Source: Octopus sinensis
Lineage: Eukaryota
NCBI RefSeq assembly: GCF_006345805.1
Contig: NC_043003.1
Span: 26,350,001-26,414,000 of the forward strand
Length of the DNA stretch: 64,000 nucleotides
Direction: 5' to 3'
The notes below the pieces were generated by a model that was given only the letters and a program-made list of their open reading frames with translations, had not been told where the DNA came from and ran no database searches. Numbering within the stretch: the stretch's first letter is position 1; every line of letters starts with the position of its first letter. The position numbers and the translations under genes were made by a program. Below are positions 52,130-63,257 of the stretch, piece by piece.

Positions 52130-52998
52130 ATTCCAGCCATAGGTCTTGCATATGTAATCAAAAAAGGCAGTACAGCACATATGACTTTTGGAAACATTTT
52201 TTTTCACACATAGAATTGCTGAAGCATGGAATAAGCAATCCCTGTCAGTTATTAGCTGACAGGACTTCATTCTTCAAAAATTCCATGTTTCCGCAAATTG
52301 CCATTGAAGCATGGAATAAACTATTAATGTCAATTATTAGCTGTTGGGACACCACATCCTTCAAAACCTCCATGCTTCCTGAAATTCATTGTCAATGCAT
52401 GGAATAAACTACCCAGACCAGTTATTAACTGTTGGGACACAGAACCCTTCAAAAATCCCATGCTTTCTGAAATTTGCCATTGAAAATCAATGTCAGTTGT
52501 TAACTGTCAGTACACTGAATCCTTCAAAACTTCCATGCTTCCTGAAATTCACCATCAAAGCATGGAATAAACTACCCACATTATAGTTAGCAGTTTTCGT
52601 ATTGCATCCTTCAAAAATCCCATGCTTTCTGAAATTTGCCGTTGAAGTATGGAATAAACTATCAATGTCAATTGTTAACTGTCAGTACACCACATCCTTC
52701 AAAACTTCAATGCTTCCTGAAATTCACTATCAAAATATTATAGTTAGCAGTTAGGATATTGCATCCTTCAAAAATTCCATGCTTTCTGAAATTCACCAAC
52801 ACAACTCTTGACATGCCTACGTGCCTTTTTCCCGTTATGTCTCTTTTAATATTCCTTTTTCTATCTCTTTCTGTTGTAGTCAGTGTACTATGCATGTACT
52901 TATTTCTAGCTTTCATTGCCTTCTTTCTTTACTTCACTTATCACTACTTTCTGTCCCCTCTTTAAACCTTTCCTGATGAGTTGTAGTCCATCTGAGCA
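52130..52998 (+). mobile_element. CR1/L2 3' end containing an internal tandem array
   Basis: gacttttggaaacatttttt..gctgaagcatggaataa aligns to the 22300 copy. Terminal gatgagttgtagtccatctgagcagtgtatacaat. Confidence 0.8.
52221..52800 (+). repeat. 7-unit minisatellite (about 69-88 bp units) derived from the CR1 ORF2 C-terminus
   Basis: Units start at 52221, 52306, 52394, 52482, 52557, 52644 and 52732. Core gcatggaataaacta..atccttcaaaa..ccatgctt.ctgaaatt. Confidence 0.9.
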
Positions 52999-53034
52999 GT
53001 GTATACAATAAGCTCATTATCATTATACACACAC

Positions 53035-53465
53035 GAAGGCAGTGAGCTGGTTGAATCAACAGCACACTGGGTGAAATGCTTAGCTGTATTTTGCCTGCCA
53101 TTATGTTCTGAGTACAAATTCTGCCGAGGTCAACTTTGCTTTTCATCCTTTCAGGATCAATAAATTGAGTACCAGTGGGGTTGATGTAATCGACTAGTTC
53201 CCTCCTACACTTTCCATGCTGGTATGAGTTGGCATGAATTGGATGAGCTAGCAAACAGAGGACTTTGCCAAGTTCCAATGTCTTCTTTGGCATGGTTTCC
53301 ACAGCTGGTTGCCCTTCCTGATGCCAACCAGTTTACAGTGTGTAATTGGGTACTTTTAACATAGTTCTCACACCAGTGAGGTCACCAAGTAACTCACGAG
53401 GAGAGTATACTATTGAGGGAAGTGGCTTTATGCCAGGTGAACGAGATGTTAAAGTATGATAGCAG
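53035..53465. mobile_element. SINE C (plus, 53035-53200) abutting an RTE-tailed variant (minus, 53205-53465)
   Basis: gttctgagtacaaattctgccgaggtcaactttgcttttcatcctttc; ttccatgctggtatg..gcccttcctgatgccaacc. Confidence 0.7.
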
Positions 53466-54450
53466 GTCTTGTGGTTTTGGATGGTATTCATTATTAAGAT
53501 GGGTGTGGTGTTTGGGCTGGTGGTGGCAGTGATTACACTGGCCACAATAAGGAATGTGGTGGTGGTGATGGTAGTTGCAGCAGTGGCAGTGGTGATAGTA
53601 GTGGTGGTAGTGGTGATAGGGGTAGGTTTTGTGGTTTTGATGGTGCTCATATTGGGGAGTGTAATTGTATTGGTGATTGAGGTTTTTGTCAGTGATGGTA
53701 CTAGCTATAATGGAAGTGATGTTGGTGGTAGTTTAGCCGCAGGTCAACTTCAGTCAAGCAGACCCAAGGTCAAAATCATTCCAGCTGTGACTATCCCACT
53801 TGTTTATCATCTGCTGGGAACTTGGGGCCACATTATCTAGTGTGTTCTTTTCTTAAGACACTGTAGGGCGTAATTTGATGAAGAGTCAGCTGCTACCTCA
53901 AGCAGGTCAAACAACTGCATAGTGGTTATCTTATTGACCTGTGTGATGGTGAAGTCCATGGAGGTCACCATGGAGGTGGAGGTTTCGGCAACTGTACTGG
54001 CCTCTGGGCCCTAGTTGTAGTGGTGATAGAGGGCAGTAATCCTATCAATGATGCTGTGAACAGTGGTAGTGATAATGCTGATAGTGGTGGGGATGGTGAT
54101 GGCTTTGGTGGTAGTAGTGGTGTGGCTATAGTGATTATGATACTGGCCATGGTGATGATGTTGGTGCTGCTATGATGTGGTGGTGGTGGTGGTGGTGATA
54201 GTTGTGATGCTGTTTGCTGGAACTAATTGACCTGGTCATGATGGTGATCATGATGATGACAGTGCTGATAATGGTGGTGGTGGTGTAATGGTAGATGGGG
54301 GCTTTGTAAGGTGGTAACAATTTTGAATGGCTTGGTGGTGTTGATACTGTAGTGGTGGTGGTGGTGGTAGTAATCGTAGTTGTTATGGTCAAGACTGCTC
54401 TTGGTAGCAGTTTGAGGTGTTAGTGGTCATGGAGATGGTAGATAGTGGCC
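53450..54450. repeat. Degenerate (GGT/GAT)n tracts with an embedded dispersed repeat (family E, about 53730-53945)
   Basis: Direct reading. Family E motif tttagcc..caggtca..gacc..gatcaaa..attccagc also occurs at about 47170 and 59165. Confidence 0.7.
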
Positions 54451-54453
54451 ATG

Positions 54454-55954
54454 GAGATTTTGGTGTAATTTGAGAGGATAATACAAAAGTTATGGATGAT
54501 TTAGTGATTTACTGCAAAACCCATGGCGACCAAAAGGATCAGAACGGTTGCTTTTACTCCGTGTTTTAGTATATTTAACCGGCGAACTCTAATGTTTTGA
54601 ATTTGTTTATGTGACGGTTCGTTTACTAAACATTAGTAAGAATATTTGCAGTGTACTTTGTTAATATAATGCCACTTACTCCGTTACCAATTCGTCAGCA
54701 GATTATTAAGCTTCGAAGGAAGGATAATTTAAGTATTGGATCTATTGCAAAGATTGTTAACAAGAAAAAAAGTGTTGTACACGGTATTCTTAAGGTCTAC
54801 GATGATTGTGGTTCGTGTGAAGCAAGAAAGTTTACAGGTAGGCCAAGAAAAATGACCAAGAGAGAAGATCGTGCTATGGTAAAGTTGGTTAAAAAGGACA
54901 GATTTAAAACTGTTGCTGCTGTTTCTCGGAAAATGAGCATTGTATTGAAGAAAACTTTATCTCGAAAAACTGTGTCTCATCGTTTAGTTGAACATGACCT
55001 ACAAGCAAGAGCACCTGCAATGAAGCCACTGATCAGCTCCAAGAATAAAAAGAGTCGTCTTACCTTTGCAACCAAACATGTGTTGTGGTCTCAAGAAAAA
55101 TGGCAAACGGTGCATTTCAGTGATGAATCTAAGTTTATGTTATTTGGCTCAGGTGGGAAAAGGTACGTTCGTAGAAAAGTAGGTGAAAAATTGTCGCCTA
55201 AATGGCTTAAGACTAGTGTTAAATTCGGTGGAGGAAGTGTCATGGTTTGGGGGATGATATCTGGAGATGGTGTGGGCCCTTTGGTGCAATTACATGGAAA
55301 GGTAAATGCAGGAGTTTATAAACAACTTGTAAAAGATCATGTCTTGCCTGTGCTGAGAAATTCAACTAAGCGACCACTCATATTCATGCAGGACAATGCC
55401 CCATGTCACAAGGCTAAGGTGGTCATGAACTTCCTCAAGGCTGAAAAAGTTATTGTTATGGATTGGCCTGCTCAAAGCCCAGATCTCAATCCTATTGAAA
55501 ATGTATGGAATATTCTAGGAGAACGTTCGAAAGCCAGAAATCCTAAAACAACTGAGCAATTATGGAATGCCCTTCAGGAAGAATGGAATAAGATCACCCA
55601 GCAAGAAATTGAAAATTTAATTTCCTCATGCAGTCGAAGATGTCAGAGTGTGATTGAAGCTAAAGGGCTTCACACTAAATATGAAATAATTCCAGGATTC
55701 TCTGTCATTTTTGATTATTTTGTTATTTTTTCAACCGTTCTGATCATTTTGGCCGCCATGGGTTTTGCAGTAAATCACTAAATCATCCATAACTTTTGTA
55801 TTATCCTCTCAAATTACACCAAAATCTCAGAAAATAACAATTAATATTGTATTTATTGTCTGTGAAAATTATAGAATACAAAACTACTTTGATAAAAAAT
55901 TATATCTACTTTTCTGACAAAAACAATGCCGTTTTGAACATTTTGGATCAACTG
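54454..55954 (+). mobile_element. Tc1 transposon, left TIR truncated
   Basis: Right IR 55732-55954 ends ..ggatcaactg-TA. Left IR remnant 54454-54550 matches its inner 97 bp with 2 mismatches. Confidence 0.95.
54669..55781 (+). CDS. Tc1-family DD34E transposase, open reading frame with C-terminal read-through
   Basis: N-terminal HTH region, GRPRK, FSDESKF, VMVWG, FMQDNAPCH-(34)-SPDLNPIENVW, ending GLHTKY then extended into the TIR. The ATG at 54669 is the likely start. Confidence 0.95.
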   Translation: MPLTPLPIRQQIIKLRRKDNLSIGSIAKIVNKKKSVVHGILKVYDDCGSCEARKFTGRPRKMTKREDRAMVKLVKKDRFKTVAAVSRKMSIVLKKTLSRKTVSHRLVEHDLQARAPAMKPLISSKNKKSRLTFATKHVLWSQEKWQTVHFSDESKFMLFGSGGKRYVRRKVGEKLSPKWLKTSVKFGGGSVMVWGMISGDGVGPLVQLHGKVNAGVYKQLVKDHVLPVLRNSTKRPLIFMQDNAPCHKAKVVMNFLKAEKVIVMDWPAQSPDLNPIENVWNILGERSKARNPKTTEQLWNALQEEWNKITQQEIENLISSCSRRCQSVIEAKGLHTKYEIIPGFSVIFDYFVIFSTVLIILAAMGFAVNH

Positions 55955-56430
55955 TATATGTACATATATACATATATACATACATATAAACATATACATA
56001 TATATATATAAACATATACAAATATATACATATATACACACATATATATATATACATGTATATATATATACACATATATACATATATGTATATATATACA
56101 TGTATATATATATATGTATATATACATACATATATATACATATATGTATATATACATACATATATATACATATATACATATATATACATATATATATATA
56201 CATATATATATACATGCATATATATACATATATATATATACATATATATACATATACATATATATACATACATATATATACATATACATATATATACATA
56301 TATATACATATACATATATATATACATACATCTACATACATACATACATATCTGTATATATGTATATGTATACATATGTTTATATAAATACATATATGTA
56401 TATATATATATGTGTGTGTGTGTGCATACA
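55955..56430. repeat. Compound (TA)n/(TACA)n microsatellite
   Basis: Direct reading; abuts the Tc1 TA target site. Confidence 0.95.
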
Positions 56431-56736
56431 CACATATATCTCACACCATTTTATATCCCCTTTCCATGGTAGCATATCATACACACATACACATATACAC
56501 AGAGCATAGTACAAACATACACACGTACATATATACATACATATATATATATATATAATATATATATATACACACACATACATATATATATATATATATG
56601 CAAGGGTGGGACAGTTTGTGCCATACCGTTTATACCACATGCATAGCAATGAAGCATTTAGAAAGTTTGTTAATGCAATAATAGCTTGCACCAGACCAAT
56701 TTCGCTGCAGTAGATGTAAGCATGAGGGATGGCGCT

Positions 56737-56750
56737 GTTGCCATGGAGAC
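56737..56750. promoter_or_regulatory. RFX X-box-like motif GTTGCCATGGAGAC
   Basis: 12 of 14 match to the palindromic X-box GTTGCCATGGCAAC, in a unique-sequence island. Motif match only. Confidence 0.35.
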
Positions 56751-56929
56751 ACAAAAGAAGCCAAGACGGAGAACTGAGCAGTTTCGATAAAAATAAAAAT
56801 TAACAATAAAAATAAATGATTATAACAAAACAGTAAAATTTTGAAAAAAAAAAAAAAGGAATATCAAATGCAAACCACAAGAAAAATTTAAAAAACAAAA
56901 GAAAAAGAAAAAAATCTTCTCCGAAAATA

Positions 56930-56961
<32 letters not shown>

Positions 56962-57844
56962 TTTATTGTTATTGTTGTTATTATTATTATTATTATTATT
57001 ATTACCAATGCCCAGCATAAATCAATGTTTATTAACCGATAAAGATGTGCTTGGTTCTTTAGTATTATGTATGTATGCATTTTATTTATTCATTTTCGTT
57101 CATTTTGTTTATTCAGTGCATGTGTATTTCTGAATGTAAGTGTGCATGTACATATACATGTGCAGGTCAAGACACACACACACATACACGCATCGCTTAT
57201 ACACACACATCCAAATACATGCTCACACACAGACATACACTCACCCAGAAAGTCTGAATTTATCTTCTGGTATTAGATTACAACAGTAGGTGAGAATGTG
57301 TGTAATTTGTGTGCGTTTATATATGCACATGTATGTGCGATGGCGTTTGGGTCCCTCACACACACACACACACATATACACACATGCACACACACACACA
57401 CATGCACACACACACACAACTGTTCACCGATATCACTGTCCCCAATTTTTCTTATGGCATAAGATTGCAATAAACAGTGTGTGTGAGAACATCTGAATGA
57501 GAGCTTTGCAGATGATGGAGACAGCATACATTCAACATCATGGTGTAGACATAAAAAGCAGTATTCATGATCAGATGGTTGGTGCTTTGCATCTCAAGTT
57601 ATGAAGATGCATGGACTAGTAGTTAAGGTGTTTGGCTTATGCATATCATCTTTATCTCTCCACTGGTTTCATGCATAAAAATTTTGCTACCACTGGTTTC
57701 ATGCATAAAAATTTTGCAATTGTCCAATTAATTCGATTTCAAGATGCTGGTATCTGCTTCTATTTTAGATAGATACGAGATGGTATGATGTTGAGCATGG
57801 GTTTTTACTGTTTGATACTACTCTGTGTGTGTGTATGTGTGTGG

Positions 57845-58010
57845 TGTAGGAGTGGGTGAGTGGTAAGTAGCTTGCTTACAAACCACATAGTTCCGGGTTC
57901 AGTCCCTCTGCATGGCACCTTGGGCAAGTGTCTTCTACTATAACCTCAGGCTGACCAAAGCCTTGTGAATGGATTTGGAAGACGGAAACTGAAAGAAGCC
58001 CATCGTTTAT
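57845..58010 (+). mobile_element. SINE A, 5' half
   Basis: Head and body up to the microsatellite. Confidence 0.85.
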
Positions 58011-58478
58011 ATGTATGTGAATATATATATATACATATGTGTGTGTGTGTGTGTGTGTGTATACGTTTGTGTGTATACAAATATATATGTATAACTCTTA
58101 ATTTTTCACTGTAGCCATGCTGGGGTACCATCTTCTGCAGTACTTATTTTATTGATGCCTATATCAAACTCCTAAGTTATAAGGCATAAAGAAACACGAT
58201 ATAAACAATTTTTAGTCTGCTTTAAACACACACACTTCAGAGTTGTATTTGTCTGGTAAAGTAACTTGATGTGTGAGTGATAAAACTGGTACAATTACAT
58301 CCTGCAAGAGCCATTTTAGAAATTTAAAAAACGTAAATACACCATTACAGTCAATTTAGCTGTATTTTGTGATGGTAACACACACTTTAAATTGTTACAA
58401 AAAATTCTGTCATACATCTACAAGTTGGTCATTGACACTGTGTCAAAAATAATGAGTGTGTGTGTACTTTAGTTGCAG

Positions 58479-58630
58479 GTTAACAAAGCTGCTGTTGGTT
58501 TCATGCCAAGAGATGTCTCAGCAATTATCAAGCCTGCCACATGGGACGTTGGTATTCATCTTCATGTGGCAGGTTTGATAACTGCTGAGAAATCTTCTCT
58601 TGGCATGAAACCAATGGTAGCCTTGTTAAC
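58479..58630. mobile_element. Fold-back MITE-like palindrome
   Basis: Arms of about 65 bp, gttaacaaagc..ttggtttcatgccaagag..gcctgccacatg / catgtggcagg..ctcttggcatgaaaccaa..ttgttaac; 19-nt loop. Confidence 0.85.
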
Positions 58631-58814
58631 TCACAAATAAAGTATATTTATCCACCAATGCAGTGTTGGGCACTCATTCTCACTATTCAATATTAGCATG
58701 TGTATGTTCATATATATATATATGTATATATACAAATTGAGATAGGGGTTGTAAATGCAACCCTCCATGGGATAACATATATCCAATATACTGCTAGTGA
58801 AGTACCCAACAAAG

Positions 58815-58857
<43 letters not shown>

Positions 58858-58982
58858 CTAACTATCAATGGAGGGTAGATAGATGGATGGGGGAGGAGAA
58901 GAGAAACCAGGGAACATCATGGAATCTAGTAGCTGGACAACTAACTTCTAACATAGGAAGTTTCTAATCTGGCAAGTTAATC

Positions 58983-59016
<34 letters not shown>

Positions 59017-59164
59017 TTAACGATAAACATCACATTGATAATCAATGGATAGAAAATGGATTTCTATGCAAAGAAAAAAAAGGACATTTGAATGAATCAA
59101 TCTTGTTTTCTCTCGCTCTCCCTCCCTTTCAGTGGTCATTGTTGTTGTTGCTGTTGTTATTTCA

Positions 59165-59555
59165 TTACCCCTGTCAGTCAGCTCTGATTAAGCAGGTGTA
59201 TAATCAAAGGTTTTCCAACCATGACAATCACAATATATTTTTCACATATATATATAATCTATCGAAGGCTACATTATTTCATCAATGAGCCTTGTTTTTC
59301 AAGATAGATGTCAGTATGTGATTTCAGGGATTTGGCTGCTATTTCTAGCAGACTCTCTCTTTCTTTCCCTTTCTGCCTGTCTTACTAGCCCTGTTAGTCA
59401 ACACCTAACAAGAATTATGATTAACCATCACCAACTAATAATGTTTATTCTCATATATACTATATGTAAGACCACACTGTTTAATCAAGGTGTCTTGTCT
59501 TTCAAGATGGACATCAGTCCGATTTTAGAAACAATTGGTTACTATTTCTAGCAGG
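59165..59555 (+). repeat. Two old tandem copies of dispersed repeat family E
   Basis: Both end ..ctatttctagcag and share ttttcaagat.ga. Confidence 0.5.
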
Positions 59556-59714
59556 TTCTTTTTTCCCATCTCCATTCTTTTCCCTTCTTTGTTACTCTTG
59601 GTCTCTCTCGCTCTCTCTCTCTCTCTCCAACTTCTCTTCTCTGTCTTTTTCTTCAACCTTCTTGCCCAGTCTGTCCATACGTACATATGTCTCCCTGTCT
59701 CTCTGAGTTCAAGA

Positions 59715-60060
59715 ATTAGGAATCTAATTTGCTTCTCAACCACATGGTTCTAGGTCCAAACCCACTACGTGGCACCTTGGGCAAGTGTCTTCTATAACTT
59801 TGGTCTGACCAAAGTCTTGTGAGGGAATTTGGTAGGCAGAAACTGGAAGAAGCCTGTAATATATATGTGTGTGTATGTGTTGGACAACTGTTGTCGGTGT
59901 ATTTACATCCCTGTAACTTAGCAGTTTGGCAAAAGACATTGATAAAATAAATACCAAAACACTGATAAGTACTGGGGTTGATAAGTTCGACTACAATTCC
60001 CCATAGTGGTGCCCCAGCATGACCACAGTCTAATGACTGGAACAGGTAAAAGATAACCAT
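59715..60060 (+). mobile_element. SINE A
   Basis: Head partly lost; body and tail present. Confidence 0.85.
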
Positions 60061-60498
60061 CACAAGCTTTGGTTAGCCTAGGGTTATAAAGGAAGTCATT
60101 TGCTGAAGATGCTGTACAATAGAACTTTCACTCAAAACAACAGGTGTGGGGCACGGGACAAATTTCTTAACCAAACACTCATACTCGCACCGGAAACAAA
60201 TATTTAACAAAATGAGGCAGTAAGTACTTTGATTAGCTATCCTTGTTCGGTGTACAATAATATTTCATTGATTTCTAAGTTGAGAATTTTTAATTACTGT
60301 AACAATGTCAATATGACAGCAGCGACATAAGTTATGAAGACATGAATTCAAGTTATACATAATATATACATACATACGTATATATATACACACACGGGTG
60401 TTATGATTGTGTATAGAAAAATATATTAATCAAAGGAAATGCAACTTTGATTTCACATTTTATTTACAATCTTATAATAATATATGATAAAATTCTTA

Positions 60499-60894
60499 AA
60501 TGTTCATACTGATTGAACTAGTACTTTCATGCTTTAAACTGCAATCTTCAGGTTCATGTAGTAGTGGTGACAGTTGTAAATTGTAAAACATAACTGTCAC
60601 CACTACTACACGAACCTGATGATTACATAGTTTAACCCTTTAGTGTTCACATTATTCTGCCAAAATTAATCCTTTTTTATCCCCATTGTTTTGAACTAAT
60701 TAGGCATTATGTTGTAGCTTTGAGATTTTGATGAGGTAGCTGTTAATTTTTAAAATGATATTGTAGGTTGGTGTGAGAGACCAGATCTGGTTAGTTTGAA
60801 CATAAAACAGGCAGAGTACTTTTGGCCAGATATGGCCTGTTTAAATGCTAAAGGGTTAATGCATGAAAGTACCTGTTCAATCAGAATGAACATC
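60499..60894. mobile_element. TA-flanked fold-back MITE interrupted by a pB1 MITE
   Basis: Left arm atgttcatactgattgaactagtactttcatgc..tcaggttcatgtagtagtggtgacagtt. The right arm is split at TTAA and resumes at 60860. Confidence 0.85.
60636..60855. mobile_element. piggyBac-like MITE pB1 (220 bp), opposite orientation to the 4934 copy
   Basis: TTAA at 60632-60635 and 60856-60859; TIRs ccctttagtgttca / taaatgctaaaggg. Confidence 0.9.
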
Positions 60895-61014
60895 TAATAT
60901 TCTATCATTTCATTATATTATCATATACTATATTATTATAAGATTGTAAATAAAATCTGAAAACTTGACAAAGTTGGAATTCCTTTGTCAAATATATATA
61001 TATATATATATATA

Positions 61015-61972
61015 TCATCATCATCATCATTGTTTAATGTCCGCTTTCCATGCTAGCATGGGTTGGACAATTCGACTGGGGTCTGGCAAACCAGATGTCC
61101 GCTTTCCATGCTGGCATGGGTTGGACAATTTGACTGAGGACTGGCGAACCAGATGGCTGCACCAGGCACCAACCACTCTGAGAGTGTAGTTGGTGCTTTT
61201 ACGTGCCACCAGCACAAGGGCTAGTCAGGCGAAATGGTGATTTTTTATGTGCCACCTGCACAGGAGCCATTCCAGTGACACTGGCAACGACCTCGATCAA
61301 ATTTTTTTTCCTATGCTACCAGTAAGGCGATGCAAGTAACGATCATGCTCGAATGGTGTTTTTTTTTTTACGCGCCATTGGCACGGAGGCCAGGCAACAT
61401 GCTCTGGCAACGATCTCGCTCGTATGGTACTCTTAGCGCTCCACTAGCACGGATGCCAGGCATCGAATTTGATTTCGATTTCGATTTCACTTGCCTGAAC
61501 ATGTCTTCGCAAGCAGAGTTTAGTGTTCAATGAAGGAAAGGTACACATAAGTGGATGGTTACACCCCTGGCATAGGACACAAGGTTATGGTCTCACTTGT
61601 GCTTGCCGAGTCTTCTCAAGCACAGCATATTTCCAAAGGTCCCGGTCACTAGTCATTGCCTCGGTGAGGGCCCAATGTTCGAAGGCCATGCTTCACCACC
61701 TCATCCCAGGTCTTCCTGGGTCTACCTCTTCCACAGGTTCCCTCAACTGCTAGGGTGTGGCACTTTTTCACACAGCTATCAACATCCATTCTTGCCACAT
61801 AACCATACCAGTGCAGTCGTCTCTTTTGCACACCACATCTGATGCTTCTTAGGTCCAACTTTTCTCTTAAGGCACTAACACTCTGTCGTGTACGCACACT
61901 GATATTACACATCCATCGGAGCATACTGGCTTCATTCCTTGCGAGATTACGCATGTCCTCAACAGTCACGGC
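61015..61972 (-). mobile_element. 5'-truncated RTE LINE (ORF C-terminus, 3' UTR, (gat)n tail)
   Basis: 61969-61649 encodes NEASMLRWMCNISVRTRQSVSALREKLDLRSIRCGVQKRRLHWYGYVARM..VEGTCGRGRPRKTWDEVV. The UTR contains family-B units. Confidence 0.92.
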
Positions 61973-62019
61973 CCATATGTGTATGTATATATATATATTT
62001 ATTTATATATATATACACA

Positions 62020-62245
62020 CACAAGACATGGATGAACATGGAAATACATTTACAGTATGGATCAATGTAGAAATATACATATAAAGGTTTGGTTGATGCA
62101 AAATTTCATACACTGATTAGGCTGACTTGGAAACACACACACAAGGCTTGAGTTTATGTGGAAATACACACAAGGTCTGGGTTGATGCGAAAAATACACA
62201 CAGGGCTTTGGGCCATGTGGAAATACATGCATAATGTTTGGATGA
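62020..62245. repeat. Degenerate minisatellite, about 29 bp x 7-8
   Basis: Recurrent ggaaatacacacaagg..tgg.t.gatg. Confidence 0.7.
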
Positions 62246-62880
62246 ACCCGCGATGCTCTGTTAGAGGATACTCACCCACGATGCTGTAGAGAAGGGCTGA
62301 CCTCCAGATCTCATAAATGCTAGTCAAACTTTTTGTCCATTGGGCCATTAATATTAAATATTAATAAATACAATACACATACATATATATATTCTGTCTA
62401 ATTATTGTCCTGTCTGCCACAGAGAACTGTGTCAACTGTCATTTAATGACGAACAATTAGCTTGTTAAAAGAAATTGGAAATGGATAGATAATAAAGAGA
62501 CCATATACATTTAGTTATGCATACATACATACATGCATGCATACATACATACATGCATGCATACATACATACATGCATGCATACATACATACATGCATGC
62601 ATACATATATCACTATCATCATTTTATAACTACTGTCCATATTATATATACAAACATATACACATACAAACATATACACATTTATGTATGCATATATATG
62701 CGTGTGTGAGTGTGTGTGTGTGTGCACATGCACATGTGTGTGTGTGCACATGCACATGTGTGTGTGTGTGTGTGTGTATAATCACACAATGATGGTTGAT
62801 CTGACAATATATATACATAAATTATAGAAATTGCTGTTCTCAGTCTGGGAAATATAAAACTCATTTGTGTATCTATTACA

Positions 62881-62919
<39 letters not shown>

Positions 62920-63257
62920 TGTGTGTATGTATGTATGTATGTATGTATGTATGTATATATGCAATTTCCATCATCCTTTTACATTTATTGACAAGGCAAC
63001 CGTCTCTGGACAACAGAGAATGTATTTGAATATATTTGTATTATGGCTGTTTCTATGTTTCCATGGTGATAGAACTTAACCTGGTAGCCAGCTGAATGCG
63101 GAGACCCAATTTGTCAACTCAGCAACATTGGCTTCTAAATGTGACAAACAAGGATGTTTCTCAGGCAGTCCAACAATTGTCTGCTGGTTGATATAATAAA
63201 TAAAGTTGGTCAATCAACCATTTTTCTGTTGATAGCTATTCTGTCGCCTGAAACTGC

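Noticed and set aside
52221-52800. Repeat array as a CRISPR-like locus
   Set aside because: The whole unit is homologous between copies, there are no unique spacers, and the context is eukaryotic and LINE-derived.
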